NCBI GenBank assembly: GCA_963843575.1
Contig: CAWJKZ010000021.1
Coordinates: forward strand, 224,001-288,000
Length of the DNA: 64,000 nucleotides
Direction: 5' to 3'
Source of the DNA: an uncultured Acidobacteriota bacterium
GTDB lineage: Bacteria > Acidobacteriota > UBA6911
Under the pieces are notes generated by a model. That model had not been told where the DNA came from. It searched no databases and was given only the letters and a program-made list of their open reading frames with translations. The position numbers were made by a program, and so were the translations under genes. Below, piece after piece: positions 40,132 through 49,156 of this stretch; position 1 is the stretch's first letter; each line of letters starts with the position of its first letter.

Positions 40132-40908
40132 TCACGTGCGCCGCCCGCGGGTGGCCTTAAGCAGTGCCGCGCGGTCCACCTCGCCGAAGCGCTCGATCGC
40201 GTAGCGCACCGCCGTGCGCGGAATGGCGGGGCCGTGTGCGAGCAGGAACCGTTTCAGCCGGGGCGCGTCCGTCTTGCCGGCTTCCCGCAACAGCCAGCCC
40301 GTTGCCTTGTGCATCAGGTCCTCACCGTCGCCGAAGTGATCGCGTGCGAGGCGATATGCCAAGTCGAGGCGCAAGCCGCGCCGGGCGATAGGGACAAGGG
40401 AGACCAGGGCCGCCCGCCTGTGCCACAGGGACGCGGAGGCGGACCAGTCGACAAGCCTCGGCTCCGATTCGGGGCTTGATTCCAGGAGCGGGCTGAGCAC
40501 GGCGCCGCAAAGGAGGTCGACCAGGGCCCAGTTGTCCAGACGGCGCCCGAGCCAGCGGTCCGCGTGGCCCAGCACCTCCGGCGCCAGTTTCTTCCGAAAC
40601 GCAGCCAGGGCGAGGATCCCGGCGCTGCGCGACTCCAGTTCCGGCTCCCGCAGCAGCAGGTCGCAGAGCTTGATCGCTTCACGGAGGTTCCACGCGCTCC
40701 GGACGCCCTGGACACGCTGCCGCACGAAGGCGCGGAGCGCCGCGGATCTGATCCCCAGGGCCGTAATCTCATTTTTAAAGTATTGTTGTGCGCCCCGAGC
40801 GCGTACAGGATCCCCCATGAGCCGCAAACCGGCGATGATCCCGGAGGCCATCGCCTCTGGTGCCGGGTCCAAAGCCCTCCCCCGTCCCTTGCCCGCCGCC
40901 TTGTGCAT
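40132..40908 (-). CDS. DNA alkylation repair protein (AlkD-like)
   Basis: LDNWALVD, SLWHRRAALV, EDLMHKATGWLLREAGK, RTAVRYAIERF. Confidence 0.88.
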   Translation of the reverse strand: MHKAAGKGRGRALDPAPEAMASGIIAGLRLMGDPVRARGAQQYFKNEITALGIRSAALRAFVRQRVQGVRSAWNLREAIKLCDLLLREPELESRSAGILALAAFRKKLAPEVLGHADRWLGRRLDNWALVDLLCGAVLSPLLESSPESEPRLVDWSASASLWHRRAALVSLVPIARRGLRLDLAYRLARDHFGDGEDLMHKATGWLLREAGKTDAPRLKRFLLAHGPAIPRTAVRYAIERFGEVDRAALLKATRGRRT

Positions 40909-41004
40909 GGCCCCTCCCGATTGAAATAGACCGTGCCGTCGATCCCGCGTTATATACTTGTGCGGATTATAGGATCTCCGTCCAACACAATGCAGGAGGA
41001 AGTC

Positions 41005-41685
41005 ATGATCAGCTTTGCCGCGCGTTTCGCGTGCCTGGTGTTCGCTCTGGTGACCCAAGCGACTCCGCAGATCCCGCCCGGCTTTGTCACGCTGTTCAAC
41101 GGGGTCGACCTGAAAGGCTGGCACATCAGCGAAGTGAATCACCACGGCAACAGCCACGGCTGGACGGTGGAAAACGGCGTCCTGCTGGCCACGCAGGACA
41201 AGGCCGGCAACGGCGGGATCCTGCTCACCGACCGGAAGTACGGGAACTTCGAGATATACCTCGAGGTCAAACCCGACTGGGGCTGCGACGGCGGGCTCTT
41301 CCTCCGTTCCAATGAAAAAGGCGAAGCCTACCAGGTGATGATCGATTACCTCGATCGGGGCACGGTGGGCGGCATCTACGGGGAGGGGCTGGCCGACCTG
41401 TCGAAAACCGGCACCGGGGAGATGTCGGGTGCCGGGTGGGAGAAGGCGTGGCGCAAAGGGGAGTGGAACACCCTGCGCGCCCGCATCGAGGGGAATGTCC
41501 CGCACATCCAGGTCTGGATCAACGACACCAAGCTCGTCGACTGGACCGACAGCACCAACCACGCGGTGGGGGGCGCCGTCGACGGCATGATCGCGCTCCA
41601 GATGCACTTCTCCAACACTCTGACCCCCCGGTGGAAACCCGGTGGATTCCACCGTTTCCGCAACATCGCCATCCGGGAATTCTGA
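41005..41685 (+). CDS. DUF1080 / 3-keto-disaccharide hydrolase family, exported
   Basis: LFNGVDLKGW, YGNFE, DGGLFLR, GEWN, IALQMH, FRNI. Confidence 0.88.
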   Translation: MISFAARFACLVFALVTQATPQIPPGFVTLFNGVDLKGWHISEVNHHGNSHGWTVENGVLLATQDKAGNGGILLTDRKYGNFEIYLEVKPDWGCDGGLFLRSNEKGEAYQVMIDYLDRGTVGGIYGEGLADLSKTGTGEMSGAGWEKAWRKGEWNTLRARIEGNVPHIQVWINDTKLVDWTDSTNHAVGGAVDGMIALQMHFSNTLTPRWKPGGFHRFRNIAIREF

Positions 41686-41727
41686 CCTCAGGCGGGTCCG
41701 GGCTGAAGAGGCTGGAACTGAAGTAAT

Positions 41728-41893
41728 TTGGAGTGCGGCGCCTCGGCGGCCTCGGCGCCGCTTTCACTCGTCCTACGGCAGAAATGCTCGGCGCCTCGGC
41801 GCCACGCCGAATTGCGAGATGCGACCCGGCGACCTCGGCCATTGGTGGCGCCGAGGCGCCGCCACCAAAGCGGCGTCGAGCCGCCGCACTTCA
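41728..41893. repeat. REP-like doublet, family C
   Basis: TTGGAGTGCGGCG...CGCCGCTTT and the inverted AAAGCGGCG..CGCCGCACT. A degenerate copy lies at about 31881-31970. Confidence 0.65.
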
Positions 41894-41972
41894 CAATCAA
41901 CCGTTGGAATAAGTAGCGCGAAGTTTTTCGTTTTGCCGTATTCTTGCCGCGAACGATCTGGAGGGTAAGTCC

Positions 41973-43547
41973 ATGCACTGCCACAATCGCACCAAGGCAC
42001 GTTGGATGAAGTGGGTATTTCCGGTTTCGGGGCTGATGGCGCTCGTCTGGTTCCTGATTCGCGTCATACCGAAACCGACGCGCGCCGCCTACCCGTGCCA
42101 GCGCATGGCCGCACCTCTGGCCAGCAGTTTTGTGTTGTGGGCGCTTGGCGTGGTGGGGTCCATGGCGGCGTTTCGCAGGAGCCGCCTGCTGCTCCGGCAG
42201 TCTCGCGTCTGGCTGGCCTGCGCCTGCGGCCTGCTCGCCCTCGCGGTCGGAATTGGAACGTTTCTGCTACTTCCCCCGGGGCCGGCGCTCGCCGACAACC
42301 CGGAGCCCAATGCCCCAGTCGGTGTGGCCCGCGGAGTCCACCCGGGGCGCGTCGTATGGACCCACAACCCGGATGCCACGGACTGGGCCGGTCCGGGGCA
42401 GGGGCACTGGTGGGAGCCGGACCACACGGATCAGGCGAAGGTCGACGGTATGATGTCGGGCTCCCTGCAGGCGCTCACGGGGGCCGGGACCGACGCCGAG
42501 GCCTGGCAGGCGATCTTTCGCTACTTCAACAAAACCCTTTCCGGGAACGAGACCGGGTACCAGGTGGGGGAGAAGATAGCCATAAAGGTAAACCTGGTCG
42601 GCTGCATCGTCTCCAGGGGCGGGAGCGTCGACCCGGACTCCTACCAGATGACCAAGGATCTGGATTACATGAACACGTCGCCCCAGATGATGGCGGCGCT
42701 TCTGAAGCAGCTGGTGGGGTCCGCGGGAGTGAGGCCGTCGGACATATCGATCGGCGATCCGCTCTCCCGATTCCCGGGCCAGTACTACGAAATCCTGCAC
42801 CGCGAGTTTCCCGAGGTGCGCTTCATGGACTACGACGGGGGGACCGTTTCTCAGCCCCGTCGCGGCGTGCACCCGTCCTCGGTCGCCTTCTACTGGAGTT
42901 TGCGCCCGACGGGCACCACCCAGGATTACATCCCCGACGCCTACGCCGAGGCGACCTACTTCATCAACCTGGCGAACCTGAAGAGCCACACGATGGCAGG
43001 GGTGACCCTGTGCGCGAAGAACCACTTCGGCTCGCTGGCGCGGCGACCCCCGGAGAAGGGCTACTTCGACATGCACCAGAGCCTCCCGCGCAACACTCCC
43101 GGATACGGGCACTACAGGGACCTCGTCGACCTCACCGGCCACGCCCAGATCGGGGGCAAGGCGGTGCTGTACCTGATCGACGGCCTGTATGCGGGCGTAC
43201 ACCCGGTAGAGACTTCGCCGAAGAAGTGGAACCGCCCGCCTTTCGGGAGTGACTGGAGTTCGAGCCTGCTCGTGTCGCAGGACCCCATCGCAATCGATTC
43301 GGTGGCCTTCGACATGCTCCGGGCCGAGTGGAGCGATCACCCTCGCATGCCGGGCGCGGACGACTACCTGCACGAGGCTGCCCTGGCGGACAATCCTCCA
43401 TCGGGCACGTTCTACGATCCGGACCACGCGACGCCGACCAAGCGGCTGGCCAGCCTGGGGGTGCACGAGCATTGGAATAATCCGGAGTCGATGCAGTACA
43501 CCCGCAACCTCGGCACCGGCGCCGGCATAGAGCTCGTCCGGAAGTAA
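41973..43547 (+). CDS. Membrane-anchored DUF362 domain protein
   Basis: WFLIRVIPKPTRAAYPCQR anchor, PGRVVW, KIAIKVN, NLKSH..AGVTLCAKNHFG, SQDPIAIDSV, GVHEHWNN. Confidence 0.85.
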   Translation: MHCHNRTKARWMKWVFPVSGLMALVWFLIRVIPKPTRAAYPCQRMAAPLASSFVLWALGVVGSMAAFRRSRLLLRQSRVWLACACGLLALAVGIGTFLLLPPGPALADNPEPNAPVGVARGVHPGRVVWTHNPDATDWAGPGQGHWWEPDHTDQAKVDGMMSGSLQALTGAGTDAEAWQAIFRYFNKTLSGNETGYQVGEKIAIKVNLVGCIVSRGGSVDPDSYQMTKDLDYMNTSPQMMAALLKQLVGSAGVRPSDISIGDPLSRFPGQYYEILHREFPEVRFMDYDGGTVSQPRRGVHPSSVAFYWSLRPTGTTQDYIPDAYAEATYFINLANLKSHTMAGVTLCAKNHFGSLARRPPEKGYFDMHQSLPRNTPGYGHYRDLVDLTGHAQIGGKAVLYLIDGLYAGVHPVETSPKKWNRPPFGSDWSSSLLVSQDPIAIDSVAFDMLRAEWSDHPRMPGADDYLHEAALADNPPSGTFYDPDHATPTKRLASLGVHEHWNNPESMQYTRNLGTGAGIELVRK

Positions 43548-43659
43548 ACCAAAAAGTGGGCCGCGGCGGCTCGACGCGGCTCCTGATGAGGCGTGGACCG
43601 TTCGATTGCCGGAGCACTCCGTGGAGTGTCCGGCCGCCGTCATTCCCTGGAGGTGAGGC

Positions 43660-44664
43660 ATGCGATGTGCGGTTCTGGTTCTCTTGATGGCGGTCGGCGG
43701 GCAGGCGCAGACGGTCAAAATACTCGTGGGCAACGACGACCCTGTGCTCCTGCAGGAGTTTCGGACCGCCACCCCGGCGGTGCGGATCGTGCCGGTCACG
43801 GCGGAAAACGTCATGCGGGAAATCATCGACGCCGACGCCTTCATCGGAGACATCACGCCCGAGCAGGTCCGCGCCGGCAAGAAACTCCGCTGGGTGCAAA
43901 CCATGAGTGCGGGGGTCGAGCGGGTCCTGCACCGTTCAGGCGGCAACGACCTGCGCGACAGCGCCATCGTCCTCACAAACAACCAGATCGTGCAGGGGCC
44001 GGAGATCGCCGATCACGCCATGGCGCTGCTGCTCACGCTCTCGCGCGGCATCCCCGAGTTCCTGGCCGACAAGCAGCGTGAAGACTGGAGGCCCCGGCCC
44101 TATTCCGGCATCGAGCTCAACGGCCGCACGGCGCTCGTGATAGGGGTCGGCGGGATAGGGACGCAGATCGCCTTCCGGGCTTGGGCGCACGGCATGACCG
44201 TGATCGGCGTAGACCCGGAGGACGTCCCCTACATGCCCGTGATCTCGCAGGTGGTCAAGCCGGATCAGCTCGACGCGTTCCTTCCCCAGGCCGACGTGGT
44301 CTTCGTGTCGGCCCCGCACACCCCGTCGAGCGAAAAGATGCTTGGCCCGAGGCAATTCGAGGCCATGAAGAAGGGTGCCTACTTCATTGCGGTGAGCCGC
44401 GGCTCGCTTTACGACCTCGACGCGCTGGCGACGGCCCTCCAGACCCAGCGGCTGGCGGGCGCCGGAGTCGATGTGACCAATCCCGAGCCGCTGCCGAAGG
44501 GCCACCCCCTCTGGAAGTGCGACAACGCCATCATCACGCCGCACATCGCCGGGAGATCCGACAAGGACCGCGCGCGCATGGTCAACACCATCCGGGAAAA
44601 CATCCGCCGCTTTGTCGAGGGGAAGCCGCTCATCAACGTAGTCGACAAGCAGAAAGGGTACTGA
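43660..44664 (+). CDS. D-2-hydroxyacid dehydrogenase with an apparent signal peptide
   Basis: GVGGIG, catalytic VSRG / DVTNPEPL / TPHIAG. Hydrophobic N-terminus ending GQA. Confidence 0.9.
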   Translation: MRCAVLVLLMAVGGQAQTVKILVGNDDPVLLQEFRTATPAVRIVPVTAENVMREIIDADAFIGDITPEQVRAGKKLRWVQTMSAGVERVLHRSGGNDLRDSAIVLTNNQIVQGPEIADHAMALLLTLSRGIPEFLADKQREDWRPRPYSGIELNGRTALVIGVGGIGTQIAFRAWAHGMTVIGVDPEDVPYMPVISQVVKPDQLDAFLPQADVVFVSAPHTPSSEKMLGPRQFEAMKKGAYFIAVSRGSLYDLDALATALQTQRLAGAGVDVTNPEPLPKGHPLWKCDNAIITPHIAGRSDKDRARMVNTIRENIRRFVEGKPLINVVDKQKGY

Positions 44665-44668
44665 AGCA

Positions 44669-44690
44669 GGGGCGGGCTGCAGACCGCCCC
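44669..44690. terminator. Hairpin between convergent genes
   Basis: GGGGCGG-gctgcaga-CCGCCCC. Confidence 0.45.
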
Positions 44691-44740
44691 CGCCTTGTAC
44701 CTCCCGATCAGAGTTCCTACAAACCCGCGCCGGCCAGGGC

Positions 44741-47038
44741 TCAGAACCTGTACGTCAGGTTCGCGAACACATTGCGCCCGGGCTCGAAAACCCGCACGCC
44801 CGAACGGAATGGATCCCGCTGATACGACAGGTGCTCCCGGAAGAGCCTGTCGAACACATTGTTCAGCCCGACCGTGAGGCGAAACGCCTTCAGGGAGGTC
44901 CCGACCCGGATATTGGCCAGCCCGTACCCTGCGGTGGCTTCCTCCCGCATGTCCGTGTCGATGTTGCGCTGGGCGCCGGCCAGGACGCCCTCGACCTCGG
45001 CGGAAAAGCGTCCGTTGTCGAACCGCAGCCCGGAGCGTGTGGTCAGGGGCGGCATCTCGGCGAGGTTTTTGGAGAAGATGTTCCGCCCGGGTACCGGGTC
45101 CTGGATGCCACGCGTATAGGAAAGCGAGTTCGAGAAAAACACCCGGGACGTGATCGAATAAACCGCCTGCACCTCGGTCCCGTAAATCGTGGCATCGACG
45201 TTTTCGTATGACCGGGCGTTGGAGTTCATAATCCCGGCCACGGAATTCACCTTGACCGCCCGACGGACGGTGACGAAGTTGTCGATCCGGTTCAGATAGA
45301 ACGTCGAGCTGAGGAACAGCGCCTGCCGCCGCAGGGAAACGGACCCGTCCGTGCCGGTGTTGCGGCTGGGCAGCAGCCCAGGGTTGCCGACCCAATCCGA
45401 ACCGGCCCTGCGCAGCCCGAAGTACCGTTCCGTGGCGTCGGGCACCCGGACCGTGCTCCCCACCCCTCCGGAGAACTCGAGACCCCCCGGGGCCGAGTAC
45501 GTCAGCCGCGCCGCGCCCGAAGGGTAGACGTCGCTGGTAGACGTGGCACGCGTCGAGTTGTAGGCGTAGTAAAGATTCGTGTTGGCCTTGAGCGGATCCG
45601 CCTCGTGCTGGGTCCGATCCACGCGGCCGCCGAACTCCAGCTTGAGGCGGTCGGTCAGGGGCCTGTGGTACTCGGCATAAGCGCCGAACGACACGGCGGT
45701 GACGTCGGGGATGGAGGACTGCGACATGTATCCCATCCCCGCCATCTGGGTGGAGGCATCCCAGTACCGGCTGAAGGCTTCGAAGCCGAGCGTCAGGTTG
45801 TTCATCCCGGCCTCGAGCTTGCCGCCGAAGGTCCTGGTGACGGCAAACGTCCCCATACTGTAGTCCCGCGCCATTTTGTAGGAAGACGTCCTGTACGCGT
45901 CGGTCATCCAGTGACGCACGCCGGTGAAGTATCCGTGGACCCTGACGGAGTCGACCGGGCCTGCCATACGGTCGACCTGGTACCCGAAGCTGACCCGGTC
46001 GGTGTTGTCGTAGAGGGCGTCCATCTGCAGATAGGGGTACAGGACGCCGTCGGCCTCCTGGCGGGTGTACGCCAGTTGCAGCAGTTGATTGGCCGCCGGG
46101 GAGAACGAAATGCCGGCCCACGCGGTACCGATCTGGAATGCGGGGTTCTCCTGGGCTTCGGGCCGGTAGTTGCCATAGCGCGTGAAGAGATTCCCCGAGC
46201 CGTCGCTATACGGGTCGGAGCGGCGATACGAGTAGCCACCCAGGACCGAAAACCGGTCTCCGGCAAAGGAGGCGGTCGCCGAGGGATTCACGAAACCGTA
46301 GGCGCCGGCCGCGAGGTTGCCGGTGGCCCGGAAACCCTTCTCGGGCCTCCGGGTCACGATATTGACCACGCCGCCGAGGCTGCCGCTGTTTTTCACGTCG
46401 AACGGCCCCTTGCCCACCTCGATTCGATCCACCTCGGCGAAGTCGACGTGAAAGGCGGGGGGATCCATGTGATTGGGGCAGGCGCCGTAGACGCGCTGGC
46501 CGTCGATCAGCACATTCAGGTCCTTGCTCTGGAAGCCGCGCAAGACCACGTCGTTGGCGATCCCGCCCTTGCGGATTTTCGAGATGCCGTTGGTTTCCGC
46601 CAGCGCCTCCCCGACGTCGCGCGCCGGGCTCTCGCGTGTCTTCGATGCCTCGAGGCTGTCGCGCGGCGCGGTTCCCACGACCGTGACCATCTCCCTGATG
46701 GTGGCGATCTCGAGCCTCACGTCAAAGGTCCGGGCCTCCCCGGCCGAGACGCGGACGCGGCCGGCCTGGGCAGGCTCGAATCCCTCCAGCTCTGCGGCGA
46801 CTTCGTATTCCCCCGCAGGAACGCCCGGCACGCGATAGAGTCCGCGCGTGCCCGAGACGGCCAGCCACACCTTCCCCGTGTCCAGGTTGCGCAGGCTGAC
46901 ACGGGCCCCGGGCAGCCCCGTCTGGTTTGGCCCGAGCACGAGGCCTGCTATTTCGGCCGGGGGTGGCAGCGCCCCGGCGGGTTCCTGCAATCCGAACGTC
47001 ACGATGAGAACGAACAAGATACAGCATCGAATAACCAT
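44741..47038 (-). CDS. TonB-dependent copper receptor (OprC-like) with an N-terminal carboxypeptidase-regulatory-like domain
   Basis: Plug motif GACPNHMDPP (the OprC CxxxM signature), barrel HWM, Met-rich loops, terminal YRF. Confidence 0.88.
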   Translation of the reverse strand: MVIRCCILFVLIVTFGLQEPAGALPPPAEIAGLVLGPNQTGLPGARVSLRNLDTGKVWLAVSGTRGLYRVPGVPAGEYEVAAELEGFEPAQAGRVRVSAGEARTFDVRLEIATIREMVTVVGTAPRDSLEASKTRESPARDVGEALAETNGISKIRKGGIANDVVLRGFQSKDLNVLIDGQRVYGACPNHMDPPAFHVDFAEVDRIEVGKGPFDVKNSGSLGGVVNIVTRRPEKGFRATGNLAAGAYGFVNPSATASFAGDRFSVLGGYSYRRSDPYSDGSGNLFTRYGNYRPEAQENPAFQIGTAWAGISFSPAANQLLQLAYTRQEADGVLYPYLQMDALYDNTDRVSFGYQVDRMAGPVDSVRVHGYFTGVRHWMTDAYRTSSYKMARDYSMGTFAVTRTFGGKLEAGMNNLTLGFEAFSRYWDASTQMAGMGYMSQSSIPDVTAVSFGAYAEYHRPLTDRLKLEFGGRVDRTQHEADPLKANTNLYYAYNSTRATSTSDVYPSGAARLTYSAPGGLEFSGGVGSTVRVPDATERYFGLRRAGSDWVGNPGLLPSRNTGTDGSVSLRRQALFLSSTFYLNRIDNFVTVRRAVKVNSVAGIMNSNARSYENVDATIYGTEVQAVYSITSRVFFSNSLSYTRGIQDPVPGRNIFSKNLAEMPPLTTRSGLRFDNGRFSAEVEGVLAGAQRNIDTDMREEATAGYGLANIRVGTSLKAFRLTVGLNNVFDRLFREHLSYQRDPFRSGVRVFEPGRNVFANLTYRF

Positions 47039-47152
47039 GGCGGTCCCCTCGCGTTCCTCGGGCGCGCGCCTGGGAGAGCCTGCGCGAGGCTCCGGGGCGG
47101 CAACCGATCAAGCGCATTTGCGGATTCAGCTCGCTGAACTGCGGGGACCGCC
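47039..47152 (-). promoter_or_regulatory. Anti-Shine-Dalgarno stem sequestering the receptor RBS
   Basis: 47039-47048 GGCGGTCCCC and 47143-47152 GGGGACCGCC are exact reverse complements. Pairing extends with bulges (GC, GTTC/GAAC). Confidence 0.7.
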
Positions 47153-47563
47153 TTTCGGCGGCGGACTCGGGACCGAGAGATCGACGGTCAGGCAGGAACA
47201 TGCCAGCGGATGTAAATTGGCCACGGGGCGGAGACTGATGGACAACTCGTCTGGCCGGGGGAGGGTCGCAACCTCCAGCGCCGGGACGGACCGCGAGGCC
47301 GCCTCCTTCGAGGAGAGGCCGCAGTCGCAGGAGGCGCCTTCGTTCGGGACGCAATGATGCACGCCGTTTTCATCCAGGTAGCACCTGGCGGTGCAGCAGC
47401 TCGCTTCCGCACATCCGACAGTCATTGCGTGCGGGTCCGCGGCGCGCGACGGTTTGAGCGCTCCCAGGAGCGGGAAGCCGACCCAGCCCGCTGCGTACAG
47501 GACGAGCGCCGTGAGCGCCAGGGGGCCTGGGGTCGTGCCCGATTGTCGGCGGAAGACCATCAT
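47126..47563 (-). CDS. Cys-rich leader protein of DUF2946/CruR-like architecture, ending in PSPPPK
   Basis: AAGGA RBS; N-terminal TM segment; CAEASCCTARC..HHC..CDC; C-terminal Pro motif; directly upstream of the Cu receptor. Confidence 0.75.
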   Translation of the reverse strand: MMVFRRQSGTTPGPLALTALVLYAAGWVGFPLLGALKPSRAADPHAMTVGCAEASCCTARCYLDENGVHHCVPNEGASCDCGLSSKEAASRSVPALEVATLPRPDELSISLRPVANLHPLACSCLTVDLSVPSPPPKGGPRSSAS

Positions 47564-47626
47564 CGTTGGTTCCTTAACCTCACTTCGAATCTAGCCGCAT
47601 TGTCGATGAAAAGCAATCGGAGGGAA

Positions 47627-47647
47627 TACCCAAATCGTATATGGGTA
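47627..47647. promoter_or_regulatory. Candidate operator palindrome
   Basis: TACCCA-N9-TGGGTA in the AT-rich region upstream of the leader ORF. Confidence 0.35.
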
Positions 47648-47676
47648 AAAACACCCAAATTAAACAAGGTGGACAA

Positions 47677-47780
47677 GTGGGTCCGGGCTTCAGCCCGGAC
47701 GTCTTTTGAGCTGATCTATATAGCGACGGGCGCACGTTATAGCGACCGCAAACAGCGTCCGGGTTGAAGCCCGGACCCAC
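47677..47780. repeat. REP family A inverted doublet (REPIN-like)
   Basis: GTGG+GTCCGGGC-TTCA-GCCCGGAC ... GTCCGGGT-TGAA-GCCCGGAC+CCAC. Confidence 0.85.
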
Positions 47781-47887
47781 TTCTTTCTTATATCTGGCTT
47801 AGGTAGTTAAAAATAACGACAAACGCTCGCATTTGCTGTGGCGATGTCATACAGTCGGTCCAAGAACCGGAGGAATGAAAGCTCATC

Positions 47888-48976
47888 ATGCGCAGACGAC
47901 ATTTCATCTCCACCTCACTGATCGCGCCCGCGGTGGTGCGGGCGGGTATCGCCTCGCGGCGCAGCGCACCGGGGGCCACCCGTATGAAACTCGGCTGCCA
48001 AAGCGGCCCGCAAACAGACGAGCGGCTGGAGTTTTTCGCGCGCCACGGAGTCGATGCGATCTGCGGAAGCCCGCCGGCCCGGGCGGATGGGCTCATCTGG
48101 ACTGCCGATGATCTGGCCCAGCTGCGGGAGCGGGTCGAAAAGCACGGCATGACGCTCGACATGATCGCGCCGCCGTTTCTGGAGTCCACCCACGTCGACC
48201 GGACGCAGCGCCCGGCGATCATGCTGGGCCGGAGCCCGGACCGCGACCGGGACGTCGAGAATATCCAGGCGCTCATCCGCAACTGTGCGAAGGCCGGAAT
48301 CCCCGCGATCAAGTACAATCTGAACCTGCTCGGGGTGCCGCGCACCAAGCCGACGCGGGGCAGAGGAGGATCGTCGCTGAGCACCTGGCGGCTCGCGGAG
48401 GCGGGCGATCGTGCCACCCGGACGACCAGCGCAGGCCGGGTCACGGAAGACGTCTACTGGGAACGAATCACCTGGTTTCTGCAACGCGTCGTCCCCGTTG
48501 CCGCCGAGTACCGGGTCCGGATGGCCTGTCACCCGCACGACCCGGGGCTGCCGCCGGGATTCGAAGGAGTGGACTGCGTGCTCGGGACCGTGGACGGCCT
48601 GAAGAAGTTCGTGGACATCGAGGCGAGCCCATACCACGGCCTGAACTTCTGCCAGGGAACGGTCAGCGAGATGCTGCAGGAGCCGTCGCGCGAGATTAAC
48701 GACGTGATCCGCTATTTCGGGGAGCGCCGGAAGATCTTCAATGTCCACTTCCGGAACATCCGCGGCCACCGCGACAGTTTCCAGGAGACGTTCCCCGACG
48801 AGGGGGATGTGGACATGCTCAAGGCGCTCCTCGCGTACCGGGATACCGGTTATGAATTCATGCTGATGCCCGATCACGTGCCCCGCCACGACGGCGACCG
48901 GGACGGCCTCCAGGCATTTGCGTTCTGCTACGGCTATATCCGCGCCTTGCTCCAGGCTGTTTCCGAGATGGGTTGA
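47888..48976 (+). CDS. uxuA: Mannonate dehydratase (UxuA) family protein with a Tat-like leader
   Basis: HPHDP, SPYHGLNFCQG, HFRN, FPDEGDVDM, MPDHVP. MRRRHF leader. Substrate not certain. Confidence 0.8.
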   Translation: MRRRHFISTSLIAPAVVRAGIASRRSAPGATRMKLGCQSGPQTDERLEFFARHGVDAICGSPPARADGLIWTADDLAQLRERVEKHGMTLDMIAPPFLESTHVDRTQRPAIMLGRSPDRDRDVENIQALIRNCAKAGIPAIKYNLNLLGVPRTKPTRGRGGSSLSTWRLAEAGDRATRTTSAGRVTEDVYWERITWFLQRVVPVAAEYRVRMACHPHDPGLPPGFEGVDCVLGTVDGLKKFVDIEASPYHGLNFCQGTVSEMLQEPSREINDVIRYFGERRKIFNVHFRNIRGHRDSFQETFPDEGDVDMLKALLAYRDTGYEFMLMPDHVPRHDGDRDGLQAFAFCYGYIRALLQAVSEMG

Positions 48977-49156
48977 GCGGCACCCACGGGGCGGGCGGGC
49001 ACGGAACCGGCGGCCTGCGCTCCGCGGCGCGGCAGAAACCGTCACCAGCTGTCCGGAATTCGGGCACGCTACGGGACGTCTGAACGACAAAAAGCACGAT
49101 TTTGCGGGCCCTGCGGCTGGCGCCCGTTTTGCGGTCATGGTTCCGGAGGCGGAACC

